This document shows positions 53,780 through 64,000 of a stretch of 64,000 nucleotides of DNA, piece after piece. Where the stretch lies: the NCBI GenBank assembly GCA_028534125.1, contig CM052816.1, positions 68,884,001 through 68,948,000 of the forward strand, given 5' to 3'. Position 1 is the stretch's first letter, and every line of letters starts with the position of its first letter. The translations under genes and the position numbers were made by a program. The stretch comes from Lama glama (taxonomy: Eukaryota). Under the pieces are notes generated by a model, which was given only the letters and a program-made list of their open reading frames with translations, was not told the DNA's origin and did no database searches.

Positions 53780-54372
53780 CTCCCGGAAAAAGAAAAAAAT
53801 CCAACCGGAAAGTGAAGCAAATAAAAGATTAAAAAAAATTCTACAAGAAGTTAAAATCCTAAACCATGTTGGGGGAATACAATCTTTGATAGAGGGTTAT
53901 TTCATATTTTTAGACATACCCAATTCTGTTGAAAATCATAACCCAGATGCATAAGTTAAAACTCTGAAATATCACTACTATTGAAAAAGCCCCAGGTACT
54001 CACAAAAGTATATTTTAAATAAAAAGATAAAATATGATTACTGATAGAGCGCTTTTTAATGTTACTAGATTATGGAATTAATATTTTCATTAATGTCTCC
54101 ATACTCATATTACTATTACGATTTCCTAAACAACTTAATGTATTATTAATTCAGCACTTAGAACATTTGAAAGCAAACAGTTAAGATAATAAGAGTTTAT
54201 CAGTTAGAAGTATATACACTATGAGAACTCTGATGGCTAAAGTGATACACTAATAACATCACTTTGAGGATGAAATTATAACATGACCATTTAACAGCGA
54301 AAAATTGACTAATAAGTGAATAAACAGAGAAAATGGACAAACAACAGAAATTAGTCAGAAGATGCAACTTAC

Positions 54373-54576
54373 TTTGCCTCTAAACTTTTCCAGAGAAACC
54401 GTTCTTCCTTTTGCATCTTTCACTTCAAAGGTATAAAAGCTGTTGATTTTAGGTTTTAGGAATTTTAGTTGTAGAAGAAATAGCATTACTGTACATAGAA
54501 CCATAGACAGCAAAACTGCAAATACCTTCGCTTTGGGCCCTGAACATCTCAAAGGGTAGGCTGTGAGAGGCTCCAT
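54373..54576 (-). CDS. GPX8: Glutathione peroxidase 8 exon 1 (signal-anchor TM helix); spliced CDS 630 nt, 209 aa
   Basis: [74 protein letters not shown] donor. Confidence 0.97.
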
Positions 54577-54862
54577 TTTGGAGATTTCTAGAGGGACCTC
54601 TCAGCAGGCTGGAATTCAAGGAGGAGCTGAAACCTGAAACCGGCTCAGCTTAACGGAAAGACAGGAAGGACAGACTAGCTCATTTCCCTGCTGAGGAATA
54701 GAAGGACCCTTCTCAGATCGAGAATAGAGTGAAACTCCTAAATGAAGTAAAAGGCTGTAAAGAATATCAATGTATTTATAGGATGTCGTTGCAGTTTTTG
54801 CTAGAGAAATCAGGACTTTTTTGGTGGCTCTTTAGTATCTTCCTAACAAAGAAAATATTTCA

Positions 54863-54876
54863 CCAGTAGATGGTGC
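54863..54876 (+). promoter_or_regulatory. Candidate CTCF site upstream of GPX8
   Basis: CCAGTAGATGGTGC has one mismatch to CCASYAGRKGGCRS. Confidence 0.5.
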
Positions 54877-56159
54877 CCTTGTAACTTGAAAGCTGTGACG
54901 TGCTCCCAGCAATTGGCCAGAGATAGAGGGTTGGGTGTATAATTCAGGAATACTTCAGTATCGATTAAATTCATCTATTAATATGATATATGACCTATAG
55001 GAATTTAATGTTATATGTATGGATTAAGCATGCTCTATGAGTTCACGGAATTTATAGTGGAAAGGGCAGTGAAATATCTGAAAAATTTACTTGCTCTGAC
55101 CTCATTTAGCTAAGGCAGTGCCAGGTGAATATAGTAAAAATAAATTGATTAAAAACTGATGGCTTTAAAAAGCCCTCTATCATAAAGCAAACTATAGTCT
55201 AGTAATTTTTCAAATTTTTGATTATGATGCACAGTAAGAAATGCACTTTATAGTGTAACTGAGAAGTTTGATGAAACAAGGCTTCCGCTTTGAACTGTGA
55301 TGCACCCTGGGCTATTGCATTTTTAAAACAGCTTGGTTCTGATCCATGAAAATGATTTCAAGTTTCATCAATAGTCTGCAAACTATAGAAGGAAAAATAC
55401 TGAGCTCTATAATAAAACAGGAATTTAACAATTAAGTAAGATAATTCCTTTCAAAAGATAAAAAGACCCCCCCCCCCACCAAGCCCACGTCTCCTTGGTG
55501 TATCACCTAGTTGCTTCATTTTTTAATCTTTATATTTCCTGTGGCTCTTGCCTTCTACAGGAGGTCCAATATTGTAGAAAATTTTAGGGGTCAGTATGGA
55601 GAAGAAATTGAGAGCTATGTATCCTAAAATCCACGTTTCCTTTAGCCACCTTGAAAAATGCCCTGTTTAAGGCACATAGCAAGTTTTGTATGAAGGTGCT
55701 TTGTTCCACTAGGGCCTGACTGTTGGTGTTGTTGTGAGTTTCCAGAAAGTGCTGGGAAAGTGCACAGAATGATCTGAGATGCCTGTGAGAGTCCCTCCCC
55801 ATCACTGTTAGATCTTTGGAGCTTAAGGGGATGTGCTAAGGAGGCTGCCAGCTCTGTTCTGGCCCCAGCTTCTGGGCTGTGTGTGTTTGGAGGTAGTTGA
55901 GCAATGCCCACAGCTTAGGCACATAAACCTGTCAAAGACCATAAACCACTTCACTCCCTTTCTGGGGCCTGATACAAGAAAGGATACAAGAGAAAACTAT
56001 TCTCTTGTAAATGTAATTTCTAGTAACTAAAAATGTGCACAAAATATATTATATTACTTCTCAACTGTGGTGACTTTGCTTTGGTGTTCTGTTGCTGAGT
56101 TATCGATAAAGTCAAAGTCCTTGTGTTTATAACACTGCTATGTAATTTAAATTCTCTGG

Positions 56160-56315
56160 CCTTGCTCCTCCAAGTCAGGTCCTTGTCTGCAGCACTGCCA
56201 TCACCTGGGTGCTTGTTGGAAACAGCATCTCAGGCCCCACCCCAGCCTTTCCGAATCAGAATCTGCATTTTTACGAGATCCTCTTGACTCAAGTGAACAT
56301 TTAGGTTTGAGGAAC
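56160..56315. mobile_element. MER5-like hAT-Charlie fragment
   Basis: CATCACCTGGG...CTCAGGCCCCACCCCAG...GAATCAGAATCTGCATTTT...TTTGAG. Confidence 0.65.
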
Positions 56316-56916
56316 TTTAGACTTCAATCTTTATCTGGCTTGCAGAGCAATAAGCTTCTTTGGTTTCCCTTTGTCTTCCCTAGTAGATGTGCTTCGTATC
56401 TCTGTATCTACACTAGGTACTTTAACTCCTCAGGCTGTCCAAGTAAATGGCTTTAAAAGTTAATACATACAACCTGCTGTAATTTGAACCTTGTAAACCC
56501 ATCCCATTATAACTGTGCTTTGAAGGAAGGGATGGATGGGCACCTCTGGGAGGGATGTTGACTGACCATCCCCCAGGCAGGGCCCTACAGGGTGATATTA
56601 TTTTGATAAAATCATTATAATAGTTTCTAGTCCATTGTTTTCTAAGTAAAGAATCTCCTATTGAGTTATTCAGAGCTGAATGGACATGAGAAGGCCAATA
56701 TTAATTCTGTATGAACTTGCAAGAAATTGCTGTATGAGCCAGCATGCCAGCTTTTACAAGCAGAAATAAAACAATTGTGCAGACCTGATGATTCATGGTA
56801 GTTTGCCCAGAAAATTCACTCTACATGAAAATGACTGAAAGCTTAGGTAAGTCTCTTGTCAAAGATGAAATCAGAGCCAGTTTGTTAATTTATGATTCTT
56901 AAGGCTTAGAAGCATG

Positions 56917-57069
56917 ATATATATATATAAATATATATATTTATTTATTTATATAAATAAAATTTATATATTTTATAATATATAATTATAAATATATATA
57001 TAAATAAATATAAATAATATATAATTTATATATATAAATAAATATAAATTTATATATATATATAAATAT
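56917..57069. repeat. AT-only low-complexity / (TA)n repeat
   Basis: About 150 nt composed of A and T only. Confidence 0.95.
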
Positions 57070-60000
57070 CCATAGGCCCATTAACCAAACATGCAAGGCA
57101 ACAGTTTGGGGAACTCCCACCCTAGACAGTGGTGAACACAGATAGAAATCTCTTCTCTTGGTAGAGTCTTTCTCTGTATATATTTTGATATCATCATCTC
57201 TCAGCTTTCTGGGGATCTGTCATCATTGCTTACACATTCTGTTTATACTAGAGACCATCCTCAGATTATAAGTAAACCCACATTGCAAATTTCTCTGCAT
57301 AGGAGATCATATGCTAAAAAACCCACCAGCACTCTTTCAGAAGATACAGGAAGGCTGCCTAAAGGAGGGGAAGAGATTGATGAGGTTGAAATTTAAGGTT
57401 AAGGGAAGCTACTGGGCCAAGAATGGGATCAAGCAGTTTGACTCAAATAACCAACCAACTCAGGCACTGTGGAAGATATAATAAAGTATAATTGATGGAG
57501 ACAGCCTCACACTAGCTTGCAATCAATTTTGGAGACAAAGCACACATGGAACAATCAGAAACAATTATAAGTCAGCAAATAACCAAGTGCTAAAGAAATG
57601 ACTTACGTTTGTAAGAGCTTTCTACTCTACGTGGTCCCCGTAAATAAATAGATAAATGAACAAATGACATGCTTGTAGGAAGCTATTTTTGCATATTTAA
57701 TATACAAATAAATATGCATATACTTATATTAAAGGGGATCATGTGTTGTATAAATCTCTTTACAGACATTATGCAAAAATTCTTTGAAATAGGAAGGAGT
57801 TAGTAATTCACCCAAGATCACAGAACTAGTAAGGGGGACAGCCAAGACTAGCGTTTAGGACTTTCAGCTTCCTAACCAAAATTATTTTAATGATGTGAAA
57901 CCGTTTCTCTGTAACAGACAAAATACGTTTACGTAGAAAACGTGATAGGCGAGATTGCTGCAGTGCTCTGGTGAAGGGGTTCTATTCACTAGGAGGCATT
58001 TAGTTTTATAAGAAATCACTGTAAGGGTCTGAAGAAGAGAGGGAGTAGAGAATAAGCACCAAAAACTTGGCCACGTGTGCTGATGTTATCTGGAAGAGGT
58101 CAGAGCCCAGAGCAACACGTGAAGCTGAGAGATGATAGTGTCTTAATGAAGGCAGCCTTGGTCAGGGAGATAGAAAGGAAGGGATAAATACTAAGGACAC
58201 TCTGGAGCCCCCAGTGGCAGGCACTGGCAGTGCAGAATAAAGGATATCTGATCGTGACAATTTTTGCTTGGGTAGTATGGCTCACTACCACCAGGAGGCA
58301 TTGGAAGTTCAAAGATGAGAAGATAAAAAACATTTTGGTTCATGAGTAATTTGAGATAATACTGAGACCCTGAATTCAAAATGTCTTGAGGACAGATTGC
58401 TGCTGCTTTGGGCTGGTGGTGCTGGGCCGGGTGGGAGGGGCAGACATTCAGAGGCTAGTAGGGAGATTGGGGGGATATGCCTGAGAGCTAACGGGCTGTC
58501 TTTGTTACTTTTGTTATGAGGTTCTGTCATGAGGTTCTGGAAAGACCCTGCCATCACCAGCATGTCTTTCCTTGGAATGTCCAGGTTTTTCCAGCCCACT
58601 GAATATTTATGTGTCAGATTATTTATCACTAGATGTATATTTGTTTTTATTTTCCCAGTTGTTTCATTGTCACTTCCTGACTTTATTTTTAACCTCTCTA
58701 GGTTCCTTTCTATTTATTTTTCTAGCCCTGGTGCCCTGAATTCCTCCCGATTTAGTGTCAATATGATGTGAACTCTAAAGGTAAACAAGCCACACTGATA
58801 TGGTTGAAGTATCAGGTCATTCATCCCTTTTCCCTTCTTTGTCTTATTTTCCTTATCTTCCTCTTCCTCTCTATTAATAAATACTTGAGTCATTTAAAAC
58901 TATGCGACAGGCATTTCCTCAGCAGGAGATAGATCCTGAACAAAAGTTTAAAAACACTGAAGATGAAACAGCACAATCCTCCCCCACTCCCCCTGCCCCC
59001 GGCCCCCGCAGCGTTTCATCTGCATACCACCTCTGTGATTTTTGCCCTGTCTGCATACCATTTGTTAGGTTACTTAACTTTGTTCAAATTGAGTTATTCA
59101 TTTTACTCAAATTAATTTTTATAAGGGAAAACTTTCCATCAACATTGAGAAATTTAAAACATTAATTAGAGTACATAACTATTAAGAAATGTTCGTCAGT
59201 ACTGTTACAAACCCTATATCCTTAGTGGAGGGGCTGACTGAGAACTATATATTCAAAATGCACTTCTTTGAAGTTTTTTTGTGTTGAATACAGATTTGTC
59301 TCCTTCCACTCATTGGTCCTTGTTTTGTCATAGGGAGCAATATAAAGTAAGTTTTGCTTTTTTTTTGCAAATTGCTTCCCTTTAAAGGAGACAATTCCTT
59401 TGGGATCTTCTTTCCTCTAGGTTAGATTCCCCAGATGCCCTCCTTCCATTCATGTGTTGCTCTGTTGCTGTGTCTTCCCTAACCTCCTATCATTGCAGTC
59501 TCTTTCCTCCAAATAAACTCAATTTTGGAATCCTGGCTTGTCCATCTCCTTCTAAAAGAACGGTTCTGAGAATGGCCACAGTTCTCCAGATGAGTTCTCA
59601 CCAGTGCAGAGATAATCGGGTTTTGCTTGTTTTTGTTTTGAACACAGTTTTTCCCTTAATGGGACCTAAAGTTGTTCTGCTTAGAAAAAAGTAATAGTGT
59701 TACACTGCTGACTCGTATTCTGGCGGTGAGTGTCTAATACGGCCCATCATTTTCACTTCTACCAGTTTTCACCCATGTTAGGCCTGTGCAATGGAAAAAC
59801 ATCTAAATGGCAAGATTTTTTTCTTATTGAATTTAATTTTGCTGATTTTGGTCATTGTCCCAGACTTTATTCTGAATCCTGCTCTATCCTTTAATATTTC
59901 AACTTTCTTCTCAATTTAGGGAAAACAATTTTGATAAATAAATCTCCATCAAGCCACTGATAAATCAAACAGCATAAGCCAGGGACAAAAGCCCTGCAGT

Positions 60001-60605
60001 ACGTCACCGGGGATTCAATCAGGCTAATGTGGATCCAGAAAGACTTGTGCCATCCCAGCCACTGGCGGCGAACTACTTATTTCCAAATACTTGTTCCTCC
60101 TGTTGGAAAACCATGAAAAACTGTGTCTATCTAAATTTGTGGGGAGCACTTTTCTCATTTGTCATGTGTTTTCATAGATCACTAATCAGTATCTGTTCTG
60201 GAAGTGTCATCATTGTGCTGAGGTGTCATTGATCTGGCCCTACGGACGAACTTATTTAAAATGCCCAGATGAATACTTATTGCTTAATTTATCTTGCTTT
60301 CCAGTTTCTGCAGAAATGTTTATTATACCCTGTCCAATTTGAAAATCATTCTCCTTAATAGAAAAAAAGAAGGAAAATGTCTTAGTTCTTTGCCTCTTAA
60401 ATTCTTTCTTAAATCCCTTTTGCCTTTTTAGGACTAATTGCCTCCAGGGGAAGAGATTCATTCATTTACTCATTATGGAGCTCCCAGATGCCAATAATGT
60501 CCTAGACTCTGAGGACAGTAAGAGAAAAGACAAAATCCCTGATCTTAAGGAATTGATAATAGAGTAGGAGGACATAAAAATAATCAGAAAAGTGCAATAT
60601 GAGCC

Positions 60606-60960
60606 GTCTTAGTCTGTGTGGGCTGCTATAAAAGATACCACAGACTGGGTAGCTTATAAACAGCAGAAATTTATTTCTCACACGTCTGGAGGCTGGAAGT
60701 CTGAGGTCAGGGTCCCAGCATGGTCGGGGGAGGGCTGTCTTCTGTGTGGCAGACTGCTCGTTGTGCCCTCACGTGGTAGATGTGGCTAGAGAGCTCTGGG
60801 GGCCTCTTTAATAAGGACACTAATCCCATTTGTTAAGGCTCTGCCCTCATGATCTCATCATTTCCCAAGGGCCCCATCTACTAACATCATCATCTTTAGG
60901 GGTTAGGATTCTGATATGATGTTTTCGGAGTCGGGGACACAAACGTTGAGACTATAGCAT
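60606..60960 (-). mobile_element. MaLR (MLT1-type) solo LTR
   Basis: GTCTTAGTCTGTGTGGGCTGCTATAA...TACCACAGACTGGGTAGCTTATAAACAGCAGAAATTTATTTCTCACA. Confidence 0.8.
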
Positions 60961-61394
60961 GAGCAGAGGTGCTAACAAAACAGGGACTGAATCACTTTGT
61001 GAGTTCAAACCTTGGGTTGCCCTGGTTGGTTGTGAGGTTGTGCCCTGCATCTTCCAGGGGCTGCCCTTCATAATGACAGTGATGTGTACCGCTGTGTGCA
61101 GTGGCCTGGATCCTGGATCCACTGCTTATCAGTGCTGTATCTTTGCTCAAGTTATCCTTGTTCAAGCCTATTAACCTTTACTTTCCAACTCTAGAGAATG
61201 GGGTAAAGAATTATATCTATCTCATAGGGCTGTGATGAAGTTTAAATTAAAAAACCCTCTAAAACATTTATAATACATTTATCTCAGTGCTTGGCACATA
61301 CTGAGTGCTTGGTAAATGTTGTTATTATTAATAAAATGTGACCGGGCTCTATTGGAAGCACACACAGTGAGCCATGGAAGCACAAGGAGTCCTC

Positions 61395-61851
61395 AGTAGT
61401 TTCCAAAGACTGATGTAACACATCACCACAAATGTGGTGACTTAAACCAACACACATTTACTCTCTTAGTTATGGAGCCTAGAAGTCCAAAATTAGTTTC
61501 CCTGGTAGAAGCCAGGGAGTTAGCAGGGCCTTCTTTCCTCCAGAGGCTTTAAGGAGAAGCCGTTCCTTGCCTCTGCCAATTTCTGATGAAGCCAGCATTT
61601 CTTGGTTGTGCTTCACTCCAGTCTCTGCCTCTGTGGTCACACTGCCTTCTCCTCCTCTGTGTGTAGTCAGATGTCCCTCTGCCTGCCTCTAGAAGGACAT
61701 ATGATTTCATTTAGGAGCCATCCAGATAATCCGAGATGATCTCCGCATCTCAAGATCCTTAACTTAATCACATCTGCAGAACTCCTTTGCCATATAAGAT
61801 AACATTCATAGGTCCCAGGGATTCAGATCTGGGTATCTTAGGGGACCACTA
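61395..61851 (-). mobile_element. MaLR (MLT1-type) LTR
   Basis: GTAACACATCACCACAAA...GATAATCC...TCAAGATCCTTAACTTAATCACATCTGCA. Confidence 0.75.
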
Positions 61852-62282
61852 TTGTATTAGTCAGGATTCTCTGGGGAAACAGATCCAGGATATATATGAG
61901 ATTATGGAGATTAAATCCCACAACCTGCCATCATCAAGCTGGAGAAGCAGGAAAGCTGGTACAACTCAGTCTGCTGGTCTGAGTCAAGGAGTCCAAATGT
62001 CTGAGAACCAGGAGCTCTGACATCTGAAGGCAGGAAAAGATAGATGTCCCAGTTCAAGAAGAGAGAATTTACCCTTGCTTTGCCTTCTTGTTCCATTTGG
62101 GTCCCCAGGGATTGGATGGTGCTCACCTTCGTTGGTGAGGGTGGATCTCTTTACTCAGTCTACTGAGTCGAAAGCTAATGCCTTCCAGGAACACCCTCAC
62201 AGAGACATCCAGAAACAATGTTTTACCAGCTCTCTGGGCATCCCTTAGCCCAGTCAAGCTGACACATAAAACTAGCCATGTA
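61852..62282 (-). mobile_element. ERVL MLT2-type LTR
   Basis: TGTATTAGTCAGGATTCTC...CACCCTCACAGA...CCCAGTCAAGCTGACACATAAAA. Confidence 0.75.
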
Positions 62283-62289
62283 CCCTGCC

Positions 62290-62789
62290 NNNNNNNNNNN
62301 NNNNNNNNNNNNNNNNNNNNNNNNNNNNNNNNNNNNNNNNNNNNNNNNNNNNNNNNNNNNNNNNNNNNNNNNNNNNNNNNNNNNNNNNNNNNNNNNNNNN
62401 NNNNNNNNNNNNNNNNNNNNNNNNNNNNNNNNNNNNNNNNNNNNNNNNNNNNNNNNNNNNNNNNNNNNNNNNNNNNNNNNNNNNNNNNNNNNNNNNNNNN
62501 NNNNNNNNNNNNNNNNNNNNNNNNNNNNNNNNNNNNNNNNNNNNNNNNNNNNNNNNNNNNNNNNNNNNNNNNNNNNNNNNNNNNNNNNNNNNNNNNNNNN
62601 NNNNNNNNNNNNNNNNNNNNNNNNNNNNNNNNNNNNNNNNNNNNNNNNNNNNNNNNNNNNNNNNNNNNNNNNNNNNNNNNNNNNNNNNNNNNNNNNNNNN
62701 NNNNNNNNNNNNNNNNNNNNNNNNNNNNNNNNNNNNNNNNNNNNNNNNNNNNNNNNNNNNNNNNNNNNNNNNNNNNNNNNNNNNNNNNN
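62290..62789. other. Assembly gap (500 N)
   Basis: Exactly 500 N. Confidence 0.99.
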
Positions 62790-63279
62790 CCCCCCCCAGT
62801 CTGGGCTTGTGAGTGTGAGGTGCCTGATGCACGTTTCCAGTGCTCTGCCTCTCCTGCTCTCAGCTTTCCTGTTCCTACCCCAAACCCAAGAACAGGAGTA
62901 GAACAATTGAAAGGCAAAAAACCTGACCCCAAACAACACTGAGGCCTCAGGCTCCTGGCTTCTCTTTTTCTGGGGAAGGTGTCCTTTTTGGTGCAGTTTC
63001 TGGAGGAAAACAGAGAAAAGCAGTGAGGAGAAAGAGAGAGCTCCTCTCACCAGCCAGAGTGACTGCAGGTGGCTGGACGATCTTCACACCCACTTACTAT
63101 AAAAACCAAACAAAACCAGTACTCACTGCCTTAATGTTCTAGCCTATCTCCTTCCTGTCTTTTATTTATAGATTGGAGATGGGACCATATTGACATACTC
63201 TTATAGGTTCCTTTTTTCACTTGGTAATATATTAGAAGCATTTGCATGTTTTATTGACTATTGTCCTATTTTTTAAAAA

Positions 63280-64000
63280 AGTTTTTTTACTGAGGTGAGA
63301 TCATAAAAATTAAAAACATAAAATTAAACATTTTAAAGTAAAAAATTCAGCAGTCTTTAGTACATTCACAGTGTTGTGCAACTACCACCTCTATCTAGTT
63401 CCAAATTATTTTCACCATCCCAAAAGAAAACTCAGTACCCATTAAGCAGTTTCTCCCCATTTTCTCCTTCCCCCAACCCCTGGAAACTACCAGTTTGTGT
63501 TCTGTCTCCATGGATTTACCTATTCTGATTATTTTATATACGTGGAATCATACAATATGTGACTTTTTGTGTCTAGCTTCTTTCACTTGTCGTAATATTT
63601 TCAAGTTGTACCCATGTTGTAGCATTTAATCAGTACTTCATTCCTTTTTATAGTTAATATTCATATATACATTGCTATATATGAATATGTATATTCCATT
63701 CCACACATACATCCCCCTCAATTTATTTATCTATTTCTACCTTCTGGCTATTATGAATAATGCCAGTATGAGCATCTGTGTACCTATATTTGTTTGAGTT
63801 TGAGTATCCATTTTCGTTTCTCTTGGGTATATACCTAGGAGTTGAAATGCTATTCATATGTAATTCTAGGTTTAACCTTTTGAGGAACTGCCAAACTGTT
63901 TCCCACAGCAGCTGCACCATTTTGGATTCCCCTAAGCAATGTACAAAAGTTCTGATTTCTCCGTATCCTCACCAACACTTGTTATCGATTGACAATTAAT
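63280..64000 (-). mobile_element. LINE-1 (L1M-type) 3' end
   Basis: Antisense peptide VQLLWETVWQFLKRLNLEL and L1M 3'-UTR motifs. Confidence 0.85.

Overview
Mammalian genomic DNA, probably camelid (inferred from tRNA-derived Vic-1-like SINEs and the young LINE-1 3' ends), from a draft assembly with four exactly 500-N placeholder gaps. The window is the known vertebrate multiciliogenesis locus. In order it holds the last coding exon and 3' UTR of DHX29 (+), complete CCNO (+, 3 exons, 351 aa), MCIDAS (+, 6 of 7 coding exons visible, exon 4 inferred to lie in a gap) and complete GPX8 (-, 3 exons, 209 aa). By synteny GPX8 should sit inside intron 2 of CDC20B, but I could not find CDC20B exons or the miR-449 hairpins; they probably lie in the gap at 46157-46656 or beyond the window. 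The rest is LINE-1, L2, MIR, SINE, MaLR/ERVL LTR and DNA-transposon remnants. I found no new gene system. The best leads are an unidentified polyadenylated retrocopy with a perfect 16-bp TSD inside an L1, a miR-34/449 seed site just after the MCIDAS stop, an AATAAA overlapping the CCNO stop codon, an L1-in-L1 insertion truncated at the position homologous to its target, and candidate CTCF, RFX, E2F and HRE motifs. Gene and repeat names come from recalled sequences, not database searches.
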